Shown here: positions 15,130 through 30,830 of the stretch, piece after piece
How the letters are laid out: every line of letters begins with the position of its first letter
How positions within the stretch are numbered: position 1 is the stretch's first letter
Assembly (NCBI RefSeq): GCF_009914755.1
Contig: NC_060929.1
DNA from: the human T2T-CHM13v2.0 reference genome, Homo sapiens
Length of the DNA stretch: 64,000 bases
Strand: one strand, 5' to 3'
Translations under genes and position numbers: made by a program
Notes under the pieces: generated by a model
The model's database searches: none
The model's input: the letters and a program-made list of their open reading frames with translations, nothing else
What the model was told of the DNA's origin: nothing

Positions 15130-15930
15130 GATATTACAGTGGCTTGCCTAGAAAAGTGGTTCTGGAGGTAAAAATAATTATAGAGGTCTTTAATTTGTAT
15201 ATTAAAGAGTGAAATGACAGGACTTACTGATTGATTAGGTGTGCTTCACAGAGTGAGAGAAAGAGGAGATATCAAAGAGTATTCAAAAAATTTAACATAA
15301 GCCACACAATAAATGAGTGGGGGGATAAGTGACATGGAGGGCATAAGTAGATTAGTATGTTTGTTGAGAGATGTATTTATTTTTGAGCATTTTGTGCCTT
15401 CATGACAAAAGTTGGAATGTCTTGTGTGTAAATATATACACCTATATGTTTGATTGTTTTATAGGTAATTCTAGAGTAGGAAGAAAGGACGGAGTTAGAA
15501 ATTTAACCTGAAACCATTGGAGTGCATGAGTTTACTGAGGGAAAGTGTGTTGAATAAGAATTTGGGAAAAACAGACAAACAACAACTATGAAAACTTAGG
15601 GATAAGGTATAGCAAGAAGAATCTGCACAGTTAATTGAGAGACAGAGTTTTAAAATAAGTAGAGCATGGTAACATAAAACCTAAATAAAGTGTGTGCTCT
15701 AAAATAAAGGAGAAGTTAACAGTGTTAAATGATTCTTAAAATATATGCAAGGTAAGGATTAAAAATGCTATATTTTATTTAGGGACTTTTGAGACCTTGC
15801 CGTGGAAAGATTTATTGGAGTGCTGGGTTAAATTTCAGTTCTTAATGTGCAAAGAAATGAATGGGAAATGATGTAATGTGAGTGAATAAAGATACTTATT
15901 TTTAAATGAGACTTAAAAGCAGCTGGAGTG
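15130..15930 (-). mobile_element. Diverged L2 fragment
   Basis: Purine-rich antisense L2 motifs (GACAGGACTTACTGATTGATTAGGTGTG, GAGAGAAAGAGGAGATATCAAAGA, GAGACCTTG). Confidence 0.6.
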
Positions 15931-16862
15931 TGATATTTCATTAACTCACGCATGCGCTTGTGTTTGTGTGTGTGTGTATGCTTCACGTTTGTTTGCTTTA
16001 CAATATGGGGCATATTAACAGTGATAAGAACTAAGAAACAGAAGACCGAGAAAGCACAAATAATCAATGAAATAAGATTCCCGAGAAAGTCAGATGAAAT
16101 ACAAATCAGCTCCATGTCAGCCAAGATATCTTCTTCCCCAGATTTCCACGCTGCAGAAATTTTTAGTCTTTAATATTTTAATGTGCATTTGGAAGCACCA
16201 AGAGGAGAAAGCACTGAGGTCATATCTGAGTCAGAACTTCCTTTCCAAAAGCTGTTTCCCTCTTACCCAACAGTATTATTAAACCAACATAGAATAAGAA
16301 ATGGAAGGCTATTTATTTTGCCAAATAGCGAAAGTACATTGGCTGTGTTTTACTAAGAAAAACTGCAGTATGTTATCATTTCCAGGTTTATACTTAGCTT
16401 GGAAATATGCGTCTTCTATAAAGGAAATTGATAATTGAATAAAAAGTCTACATTAACATTCCCATCTCATAACCATACAATGTGCTCATTGAGTCAAATG
16501 GCAGCATGACCTGCTTAATTTACATGGTTTTCTCCCTTTTTCTCATAGTAAATATAATAAGAAAAATTTGAATAAGAATAATACCATATGATTCTACTGT
16601 ACTCTAGTATAATATGCAACATTCTCCAAATTACTTATTTATTACGTAACACATTTTACATATTACAGAACTGCATTTTACCTAAGGCAGGGCATACACA
16701 TTCTCATTCAAAATGGAACAAAGTATACAATATATTCTCTTGAACACTGTACAGAATGTGAAGGACATTCCAGAATTAGGGCTACCTTAGTCACTGCAGA
16801 AACTATTAGAAACAAGTAAGTGATTTGTTTTTCTCACTCTTGCAGACAGTAAAAGTAAATAG

Positions 16863-17172
16863 AGCCAGGCACAGTGGTTCATGCCTGTAATCCCAGCACT
16901 TTGGGAGGATGAGGTGGGCTGATCACCTTAGGTCAGGAGTTCAAGGCTAGCCTGGCTAAGATGGCGAAATCTTGTCTCTACTAAAAATACAAAAATTAGC
17001 CAAGCATGTGGCGTGCACCTGTAATCCCAGTTATTCAGGAGGCTGAGATAGGAGAATCACTTGAACCGTGAGGCAGATGTGGCAGTGAGCCTAGATCGTG
17101 CCACTGCACTCCAGCATGAGTGACAAAGTGAGAATCCATCTCAATAAATAAATAAATAAATAAATAAATAAA
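16863..17172 (+). mobile_element. AluS (Sx/Sz-like) with (AAAT)n tail
   Basis: Full dimer: GATCACCTTAGGTCAGGAGTTC, A5TACA5 linker, tail TAAA repeats. Confidence 0.96.
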
Positions 17173-20100
17173 GTAGCAATGCCATTTTCAACACAGGTAC
17201 TGAAAAACTGTTAGAAAGCATTGGACATACAAAATGTAGGTATCTAAAAACATAATTTTCGTATTGAGTGCTCTGATTTTGCTTCTGTTAATCTCTGCCA
17301 GTGATGATTGGAAATGATTCACCAGGGTGAATCTTTTTTCCCACTAATGCACATAAATCTAGTATGATACTATCAGCATGGATAACAAGCCTATGTACAA
17401 TGGATGTGTCTGTGAGAGCTGATTCCCATTGAGATAAGCACTTTGAAGTTAGCTCAATATGAGTTTTCTTTGTTCTCTTTGATAGAATTATAAACTAAAG
17501 GATCACATAAGATTATCATTCCTAACAATCTATATTCTAAGACGCAAATTGAATAGTGTATTCAAGAATTCTAACCATACACACAAAATGCCAAAAAAAG
17601 GAGATACTAGAATAAATGTGAAACCATTATTTTAGGAGAATAAACTATTCATCACTATTCTTTATAATAAGCTCACTGATTTTTGTGCCTTTGAAATAGC
17701 TATAGTAAATTTTTTTGTGAGCATATGTATTTTTTTAATAAGAAAAACATACCCCGTAGCAATAATAGCCAAAACGGACAGCATAGATTAGAAAACAGAC
17801 ATCACTCTTACTCCTGTAGAGCAATTCTACAGAATTACACACTATGCAAGTTGGTAAACTCCATAAGGAAACTCAAGAGAAATCCAGTAATAATTTAACT
17901 TGTGTTATGAATCTCTGGATGCAGATTTCCCATGAATGCATTGGTTACAGCTAGAATTTTAAAAAATATAAGGGCTTCCATAATGCTTCCCTTAGTTTGG
18001 CATAGCATGTAGGCTTTGTGTGGCATGAAAAGGTTCTGATACGGAGTGCCTGTGCGCCATGTAAGACAAATCACGTTTAGAACAGAGATAATGCTTTTCT
18101 TTTTTGTAAAGGTACATATCCGTCCACTGGTTCAAAGGTAAGTACTAAAATAATGTCTAAAATAGGAAATGGTAATAGGAAATGTGGATAAAGAACAAAA
18201 CAGATACTTAACAACAATTCACATGGTAAATAAGGTTAATGTCTTCAGCATCTTCAAGGAGTAGACTTCTTAGAAATCAACTTGATGAAGAAAAAAGTTA
18301 TTTATCTCAGAATAGAACTTTATACAACCAAAAAGGTCACATAGTGAGTAGGCATGAGCTACTTCTGATTGTCAAAGTAACTATAGTTTTTGTTTCTCTA
18401 CTAAGCAAGCTTTCTCCATTATCTTTAGTTTCACCATGGGTGTGATCCAGAGTGCCTTGTTCTACTGCAAAGAGTTTCAGGATGCTTTTCCCATGAGGGC
18501 TTAATCAATATAAAAAATTCCCCATGAAGATAAACCAGACAAAAACAACATGAACTAATTTTCCCTTCATCTATCCAGTAAATCTACTGTGATAATAAGA
18601 ACTGACCCATGTGTTTGTGGGTTATAAGTAATTACAACTGACCTAATCAAGATTAAGAATATCTAATGAAGAATATATGCCAAGTCAGGAAGAAATTAAT
18701 AATTTATTATGGAACCTTAGCTGAATTTTTATTTGTTATAGGTGAATAAGGATTTTGAGGGTGAGGGGGACTCTTGATATACACTACTTCTTTGCAGAGC
18801 TCTGGCACAAGTTAGACTTGTATTAGAACACCAAGGCAATGGTAATATAAATTTAGCAGGCTCTATCAATATTTACAAGTCTAATAATTTATCTAACATC
18901 TTTAATTATGCTATGTCAATGTCTTATACTCTTTCTCTTTTGATATCCTTAAATCATAATCCAAATTATTTTGAGATTCTACTATATTCTAGGCACTTCA
19001 CTATGTGAATAAATCTCAATACTTCTTTAGTAGTCAGAGAAGTATAAAGTTAAAAGATTATTATCACTTACAAACACTTACAAATAACAAAAGTGCATGG
19101 AATGAAGCATGAACACTAGAGTATTTGGTATTTGAAATTTATCTTCAAAGGGGATTTCTAATTTAACCCATATTACAGAGTGAACATTTGAATGAATAAG
19201 ATAGTTAAAACAGCACAGCATTTATATAGAGTAAATAACATTGTTTCTTTATATTTTTCCTGTTTATATTTTAGTGATTCATGTAAAAGTAAGTTGAATG
19301 GAAGCTGGGTTCTTCCAGTATACTGTTTTTTAGGAAGTGACACTGGATCGAGACTTTTTAAAGGTTATAGACTGTGGATAACTTAGGCATCTGTTGAGCA
19401 TGGTTATCAATGTGAGTGAAGATGGGAATAAGTATAATTTAATTAAGCAGAATGACAAAAAAAGCATAATGGACATTAAAGGAGAATGGATTAATTCATC
19501 AATGATTTTGTGGCATAATAAATAGACATAGGGAGATACAAAGGATCGCATAGTGTTTTTCCAAATCAGATTTAAACTTCCAGTAAAAAATGAAGCTGCC
19601 TTTCTAGCTTGTAGTGATTTGTAGTTTCTACATGGAATTCAAATTATTTATTTTGAATTTATAAATTTGTGTCTCCATACAAAAGGTGCAATACAAAACC
19701 ATTACCTAGAAGACAGTGTGGATAAATAAAGTTAAAACACTTTCATGAACATTTAAATAAGTAGATGACATTTTCTTCATCAAAGTTCACAAGGATGTGT
19801 AACATAATTCTATGTCAAGTCCTTAGATTATTTGAAGGAATTAGAAATAATGTAGGGGCTAAAATATAAAGTGTTATACAAGCCAATGATTTTGCAAAGG
19901 GGAAAGCAGGACTGCTGAGGCACAGTCACATGTGGGAAGATATCTTCCCAGAGGCAGGCTAAGGGCAGGAGAAAACATTGTCCCTATTAATAGAAATTCA
20001 TAGTTGTCACTCAAGGAGCAATTATATGTACATGGAAATGTTCCTCTAGGTGAGAGAATGGTGCTGTCAGAAACAATTTTTCTATGATCATGCAGCATAT

Positions 20101-20389
20101 TTGCATTATTGACTCATCCATGTGAAATTCAAATGAAAGACTGCATTAAAGGATGTGAATTCATAAATGTGCTTCTCATTTAAGTTTAAATATTTCAGAA
20201 AGTGTGTTTACTTGCACATTTGGGCATTGTATTTCTTGCAGATGACACGAAATAATTCGTCTAAAACAAGAAATTAGTAAAAATAAGGATTGGATATAAG
20301 AACATCCTTAGAGAGAATTGTTGGAGCTGGAAATATCACAGATATTTATCTTAAGATTTGTATAACCTCCTCTTACTTAGAAATAATGT

Positions 20390-21190
20390 TTCAATTTAAA
20401 AGAATAACAAAGGTAATATAGGGTTTTCTTATATCCTTTGCCTAGCTTTCATTACTGTCGAAATCTATGCTTTGGAATATATTTCTTTGGATTTGTTCTA
20501 TTCGAGGTTTACTTAGCTTCTTAATTTTGTAGGTTTATATGTTTTGCCAATTATCAAAACTTAGTAATTATGTTTTGTGCAATTACAAACTCTATTTAGA
20601 TTTTCCCAATTTTCCCACTAATGTCCTTTCTTCTCTCCAGGGTACAATCCAGGATATTGCATTGCATTTAGATCACATGCTTCCTTAGCTTCCTTTACTC
20701 TATGACAGTTTGTTTATTGTTTTTTCTCCATGACCTTTTGAAGAGTACTGGACAGGTAATTTACAGAACATTCTTCTACTTAAATATGTGTGAATACCAC
20801 AAAGTGGAATGCCTTCTTATCCCATTATATCAGGAGGTACTAGATATCATGTGAAAATCATTAAGTTCAGCTACACTCCAGAGGGGAAAAAAATCATGCC
20901 TCATTTCTGAACATGTGTTAAAAACACCATAGCAATACAATATTTTTAGGTAAATACTTTAGAGCTCTGAAACTTCTGATATTCTTTAAAGTTTTTGAAT
21001 AAGAATTTTAACAATGATCAGCCTGCAATACTGTAGTGCTCTCATGATGATTTTCTTTTTAACATTTTTTTTATATTTATGAATCAGAATTCTCTTATAA
21101 GGAAGGTTTTTACCTTCTCTTCAATTTATTTATGAAATTCTTTATTATATTGGTTTGAATTCTTTGATGTTTATTTTTGTGTAACTCAGA
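20390..21190 (-). mobile_element. L1MB/L1MC 3' UTR fragment
   Basis: TTTTCCCACTAATGTCCTTT...CAATCCAGGATATTGCATTGCATTTAG and GACCTTTTGAAGAGTACTGG resemble the antisense L1MC 3' end. Confidence 0.7.
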
Positions 21191-21309
21191 TGGCCACAAA
21201 TTATCTTAGTTGACATTCTTTTGAGGTTGTCTTGAATTCTCCTTTATTCTTAAAGGTGTGTTTTTTTTGTTTTCTTTTTCGTTTTTTTTTTTTTTTTTTT
21301 TTACCTGAT

Positions 21310-23280
<1,971 letters not shown>

Positions 23281-23284
23281 GTTC

Positions 23285-23838
23285 TGTTAGAGGCATTTAA
23301 ACCAGAGCAACTCCATCTTAAACAGGAACTGGGTAAAATGAGGCTGAAACCTACTGGGCTGCATTCCCGGACGGTTAAGGCATTCTAAGTCACAGGATGA
23401 GATAGGAGGTCAGCACAAAATATAGGTCACAAAGACCTTGCTGATAAAACAGATTGCAGTAAAGGAGCCTGTCAAAACCCACCAAAACCAAAATGGCCAT
23501 GAGAGTGACCTCTGGCCGTCCCTATTGCTACACTCCCACCAGCACCATGACAGTTTACAAATGCCATGGCAATGCCAGGAAGTTACTCTAGATGGTCTAA
23601 AAAGGGGAGGCATGAATAATCCACCCCTTGTTTAACATATCATCAAAAAATAACCATAAACATGGGCAACCAGCGGCCCTCAGGGCTGCTCAGTCTACGG
23701 AGTAGCCATTCTTTTTTTCCTTTACTTTCTAAATAAGCTTGCTTTCACTTTGCACTGCAGACTTGCCCTGAATTCTTTCTTGGGAGAAATCCAAGAACCC
23801 TCTCTTGCGGTCTGGATAGGGACCCCTTTCTGGTAACA
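23285..23838 (+). mobile_element. MER41A solo LTR (ERV1)
   Basis: TGTTAGAGGCATTTAAACCAGAGCAACTCCATCTT...GGTAACA with TSD GTTC/GTTC. Lacks the GAS-containing segment (AAAAGGGGAGG|CATGAATAATCC). Confidence 0.93.
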
Positions 23839-26194
23839 GTTCCACTTTCAGATCAGCATTTTAAAAGGCTATAATGAGGGATGTTCTTATCCTTAGAAAA
23901 AGATTTTTAAAAAGCTATAGGAACTATACAAAGGATTATAAAGCAAAAATATAAAAACATGTAATCTGTCTGCTATCTCTTCCCAAAGACATCTCCTTAA
24001 TACTTTGCAAGTTAAATAAAATAATCAGAAGAGTTATTCTTTTTTGTTTTACATAAAATTCTAAAATTTAAATGACCAACTTGAAGAAAATTTTATGGAA
24101 AATTCTATTAAATTGGTTTAAGCAGAATAATAGCGCATTGGATTCATTTATTTTCCACCTAGAGCAAGCATTTTTTTGACAGATTGATCAAAACAGTAGG
24201 ATAGAAATTGGTAGTACTTTTTTCATAAATTGAAAAAAGTAAAATGCACATTAAGGTAACTGGGTAATTTCTATATGAATAATAGTGTTATTATATACAT
24301 ACAAAATTGAACAGGATCATTCAATTGGATGAATTAGAATTAATTATACCATGTCTTATTTAATTATAATTTAGCATTTCAGCATGCTTTATAACATAAT
24401 CTTCCTTAGATCTGATGAAACATAAACCAGTAGATGAAACATTGATTTAGTTAACTTAACCAATGTTATCTCCCTAAGCAACTGTAGAGTTGTTTTCACT
24501 CTTTATCAAACACATTTTTCCTCAAATACAATATTGCAATTACAGGCCATGCATGAAAATGTCTGTGCATTGTACTAGTGCCAATGAGTAATCTCCTGTT
24601 TGGGGCTATAAACATTTCAGTTCAGCTGTTCAATGCGTGTTTACATAATCTCACATCTTCCCACTCAACAAAATTTCTAAAAGAGCACAGCTCAGTGAAA
24701 AATTGAAGAGAGAATGATGAGTGGAAAACAAGTCTATTCTTAACAAGCTATAATCAAATCATTACATGAAGTTCTATTCTTTATTCTGCATTTGGTATGA
24801 TAGTCCTTCAAGTGAAAGAAAAAGAATAGGGAAAAAAGTTGAAATATAATGTTACAATTCAAATTTAAATTCTATGTATCTTAAAAAATAGATGCTGAGT
24901 CACAAAAAGGAAAGTTATTAACAACATTTTCAAATGGCTCTGTAAGATGTTTTGTTTCCAGATACGAGTTACATAGGGATTATTGCCAGCAAACATTTGT
25001 TAGGTGCCATACCTTGAAAATCACAATAATTTATTTAGTAGGTAACATGTTACATAGATTTCTAAACCCAATATTCAAGAACACAAATGTTAAGCTGGAT
25101 ATTAAAAACAAACACTGTCAAGAAAAGTATAGACAGCTTCCACCAAATCACTTATTTTGATGAATTAAATTTGAGCTCTTTTGGTCACCAAATTCTGTTT
25201 TTGTGTATTTATTAGAAATGAGTGGATGTTGAGAAGGATTATGGGGCAGAATGTGGGACAGGAAGGAAAGAGGCTTTTGATCAATGATTAGAAACTGCCA
25301 TACTAAAGGATAGGAGGTGACAGGAGTTGTGTTATATACTTAAAGGTGACCATCTATTCTGTTGGCAACAAACTTAGATTATACCTGTTGTCTTAAATTC
25401 CCATTCCGATTTTTTCAGGTTTTTTTTTTAATAACGAGATACTCTTTCTTTTCTTCCTTAACCCTTTCCATATGCAAAATAATGTACACTTCCTTTCCAT
25501 GAGCAAATTGTGCATTTAATGAAAACTTAAGTATTATATTTAAATTTCTCAAGACATAAGATGAATAGATAACATGAATAAAATGCTTGTCTACATTCAC
25601 AACCATGATGGAAACTGTAGGAATGGTCTCGACCACAGGAAAACCAAAAGACATAAATCTGTTGAGGAAATGGTAATAGTTATTTTAAGAAGATTATCTC
25701 CAAGGAAGAGAAATTATCACAGTGCTTGTCAAAGAATTCTTTGCATATCACTTTTTGAAGTCTGTCTTCCCTTTTAGATGAAATTACTACTATCTTAAAG
25801 TGATTTTACTCATATCTGAAGTTTTCTTTTGTACATATGCAGAGTGGAAAAATGGGTGTCAGCGTGTTATCTCCATAAGCTAAAATTTAGATTTGTTTTT
25901 AAATCTTGGTTTCAACTGTAATTGTTCTTTCTCCTTCTACTGCCAGTTATTGATCAGATTTAGAAGTGTTTGCTGGATTTTGGTTGTATTTGGTTCAATG
26001 CCAATTGAAAATATTTAGTAAAATATTCTATGATTAAAACAGCAACAACAGCTTTTGAAGCTTTTTGTAAATTGCAGTTATTGAAAACAAATATTTCAAA
26101 AGGAAGCTACTTACAATTTTTCTTCCAGAAGCAAAAAAGAACCTGAAAACATTAAATAAAGCAAACTGAAATATTGCACATGGTTTAATTTTGA

Positions 26195-26520
<326 letters not shown>

Positions 26521-29500
26521 TGAATATCTTAACTTGTTGGAAGCATACTTTTATAGAACACACATTTTTAAATTGGGTCAATGAATATTCTTGAACCTAA
26601 ATGGAGTAAATCTGAAAAGGTCTTTCACTTTTAAGTCTACAAACTCTGGAAAAAGTATTGTTAATAATCGTAAGTAAAGGGAGCTTATAAAACAAGTTGC
26701 GTTTCATAAAATGTTTATCAAAAAAGATACTGTAAATGAAAGAAAAAATGCACCATCTGTGAAAATGCTAGAGCTTAAGTATTTACACATTAAAATGCAA
26801 AAAGAAAGCTTTAAGAAAATACTTCATTAGTAGAATTTGTTTTCAGTTCAACATTTTAAGATAAATTACTTTTTCAATAAAAAACATGGTTTAAATAAAA
26901 GACCATCTCAGTTTCAAATTTTGCGATAATAAAATACAATTTTGAAGAGGTTACTGGCACTTTTATAAAAAATAAACTAATATGATCATATTGAAAATAA
27001 ATGTATAAAAATGTAATTATTAGAAACAATTAGAAGTTAAGAAACTAATCCATGTAATAATATGTACAGTACTTTCTCTGTTCATTTTATTTGTAATTTG
27101 TTGCTCACAAAATAAAAATAAAAATTTAAAAAAATCTTGTTTTACTATACTGATAAGTTTATATTTGTTTTAGAAACAATTTTATTTTTGAAAATATAGT
27201 AATATAAATTCTACACCCTCTGAAGTAATAATAGTGGTGAAAATGAAATGTTTCAACATTAGATCATTTTATTTAATTTGTTTTCCCTTTCACTCTCAAA
27301 AGTGTCTCTGTTTAGATGATAAGCTATGTAATCAATCACTTATCAGTTAACCTTCCTTTAGACTTTTTCTTTCACCATCAGGATGGGAATGGAAAGAGAA
27401 ACTGCAGGAGTTCACCACGTTTCTATTTTAATTGCCTGAGTCATCTGGGATGCTCCTGTGCGTTCTGAATGCTTTCTGGAAAGTACACTTGAGTAACAGA
27501 AGTTAATGGTCATGAGTGAGAATCAACATGATATAGATGGAAAATGCTGTGATGAAGCTACTCCATCACACCATGGCTGCTTTAGTACCACATTGGCTGC
27601 CTGCCTGAGTCAAACATTTAAAGGTTCATTTGTTGTTGGAGGAGTAACTCATTTCAAAGTAAGGGGACAGTGGACTTTTCCGCAAGTTAAGGACCAAAAT
27701 ATGTTCAGATGGTACTACGTAAAGATGTGTGAATTGAAAAACAAGAGTAACTGCAGGTCAGGTAGAGAGAAATAATCAGAAAATGTCCTTCTTTTTATGA
27801 TAAAATTGAACATCCATTGTGTTCCAGGTAGTAGATAAAAGTTGTGAAGTAATTACAGTCTCTATTACATTGAGTATATTTTAGAGACAGATATTGAAAT
27901 GATAGTAAGATATTTATAAGTAAACAAGAATTTATGATACATCGTAAGTGACAATCAGAAGTGTAGGAAATAAAACTATGAACACTGTAATCTTATTACA
28001 GTGGGATTTATTTAAAAACAAAAGAAAATAAAAACTTATTATAGAAAAATCTAAGTAAGAAACTGGATTCTTAATAACCCAGTTTTTGAGTTACAGTGAT
28101 ACATTTTCTGCTAAAGTTGGCTGCAGATCTGAGGTTTTCATGGGAGCATGAAAGACCTTATGAGAGTCTTCAATCAGAACAGCATGTGCCTATGTTCCCA
28201 AGGACCTGATAATCATAAGCAATATTTCAAGGCTTAGATCTATCACACTAGCATTAAAGAATTTACATACTTACCTCTCAGATTCCATCTCTGAGAGGAA
28301 TATCTAAGCTTTGGTATTCCTGGCTAAGTCCAGACATACAAATCAAGAAGGAGATTCTTGATAAATTGGTAATAGAGCAGAGTATCATCTCCATGCATAA
28401 GTGTCTTTCAGATCTTACAAAGGGAAGTAGATTTATAGACTTGCAAATATGTGGGAGGCACAATAGAAAAATATGCTCACAGATAACAAGAAATCAAATA
28501 CATTGTTCATAAGCTGCTTGGAAGAACAGAGTTTTTCTTTGCAAAATCCTGAAAAGAGCTGAATCAGAGATAATAACATATTCATCTGAGAATATGGCTT
28601 AGAGAGCTTCATGTCCCTGTAAATGAGACATATCCTGTAAGGAAGCAGAAAATCAGCAAGGGACGACAGCAACTGCTGAGAGGTAATGAAATATATAGAG
28701 GATAGGGGCAAGAAGATTTCCAGCTAAAGCCCTCTTTCTCTGAAACTTGAGCTGGAACTTCTGACTCCTTACCAAGTCAGGGAACGATCAAACAGAAGAG
28801 AGCACATGGACCCTATTGCATCCAGTTTAGGGTATCAGTGAGAGAACAGCCCAATTCTGCAAAGGTAAATAAATAAGCAAAGAATTCTAAGGCATGAACA
28901 AAGTTTAAACAAAGAGAATTTGCAGAAGAACCGGATTAATTCCAAAGAATGAAAGGCAGATACTCATTTTGTTACACAAAGTGGGTCTCAAGAGAGCCAA
29001 TCAGACAAATTTCCTTCCTGAAAGAAATCCTCAAATAATATGTGTTCATCACAGTTTTTTGTTTGAACATCATGGAGTTAGCTGGCCACTCTGCTGGTTA
29101 AAATTAGGAGCCTGTGGAACTGAGTATGTGAGAGAAGTTACTTTCAAAATTTTCAGGTTGATATGTAACAGGGAATAGACACACAAAGAAGAGAAATATT
29201 TTAAATGCAATTCCTGGTCAAGGGGCTTCATAGAGCACTCAGTTTTTAATGCATAATCTACAGGGAAAAAAAACATTCATATGTTCTATCTGCTTAAACA
29301 ATTCACTCATGAATTTCACTGCAAGGCTGCAAGAAGATCCATCCAAAAAACAATCACACTTTGAAAATACTTAGGAAAAATGCTTGACCATAAGATAAAT
29401 TTTATATTTCCCAGATAATGCCTGGGTACTAAACAATTATTTTTCAAAAATGTAAAAATATAAGCACAATTGAGTAATTACAACTTCCATTCATTGCAAA

Positions 29501-29559
29501 GAAGGGGAAGGTCACAGTGCATGAAATAAAAGAATGTAAGTGTGCATGACAAAATGTTC

Positions 29560-29845
29560 TAGGTTGATAGCTCAAGAAAGTTCTCTCTAAGATAGAAACA
29601 TTTAAGCAGAAATTTGAGCAATAAGTAGAGCTTAATTATGAGAAGTATAGTAGAAGCATGATTCTTCTGCCTAACAGAATAAAGGAAGAGGTTGGGTTAA
29701 GAAATGACCTGATCTACTCTAAGAAATGATCAAGGCCAACATGGTAGTTACCTAGACCCCAAGGAATAAAGCCCTGTCAGAAGCTAGAGACCTGGTAGGT
29801 TCTAAGATTCAGTCATACGGGCCTTTCAGGCCATGTGGTTAGTTA
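29560..29845 (-). mobile_element. Diverged L2 fragment
   Basis: ACATTTAAGCAGAAATTTGAG...AAGGCCAACATGG...GGGCCTTTCAGGCCATG antisense L2-like motifs. Confidence 0.45.
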
Positions 29846-29889
29846 ATTATTTTTTTTGTTTGTAATATATTTAAAGATTTTTTAAAAGA

Positions 29890-30335
29890 CATAGTGTCTT
29901 ACAGTTTTACTACAGTGTGTCTAGATGTGTGGATTTATTTGAGTTAATTGCCTTTGGCTCTCACTGGACTTTTAAAATGAAAGAGAGATGCTAATCTTAA
30001 AGCCAGCACAATTCTCAGCAATTGCCCTCAATAATAGCTTCTCTGCCATTGTGTCTATGCTCTTTCTCAAAAACACCTATTGATTGTTTGACGGAGTTTC
30101 TCAATCGCCCATCCAGGGATTTATACTTGGCTTCTATTCTATTCTTTTACTGTTTCTCTTTGCTAACTTAGAGTGAATTCTTGAGTATAACTAATTGATC
30201 AATTTTCTTTGACTATTACTAGATCAGAGCATATCTAATTTAGGAAGTCTGAGTTTTCACTTTTGTTTTTTCCTGTGGCAATCATAGTATCTTCCTTTAC
30301 AAGGAATTTAATTTGGTTCATTTACAGTTTTTAGT
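29890..30335 (-). mobile_element. Ancient L1ME/HAL1-like ORF1 fragment
   Basis: CAGTTTTACTACAGTGTGTCTAGATGTGTGGATTTATTT and AATTCTCAGCAATTG. Confidence 0.55.
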
Positions 30336-30338
30336 ATA

Positions 30339-30653
<315 letters not shown>

Positions 30654-30660
30654 TTTTCAT

Positions 30661-30830
30661 CCAGGGTGTGGTGGCATGCCTATAGTCCTAGGTACTCAGG
30701 AAGCTGAGGCTGGGAGATGTCTTGAAGCCAGGGGTTTGACGTACACGAGCTATGATGATGATATCTGTGGATATCCACTGTACTCCAGCCTGTGCAACAT
30801 AGTGAGACCTCATCTCTTGAAAACAAAAAA
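30661..30830 (+). mobile_element. Fossil Alu monomer (FAM-like)
   Basis: Single monomer retaining the FAM-type internal segment TGTGGATATCCACTGTACTCCAGCC (recalled consensus TGTGAATAGCCACTGCACTCCAGCC). Confidence 0.75.
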
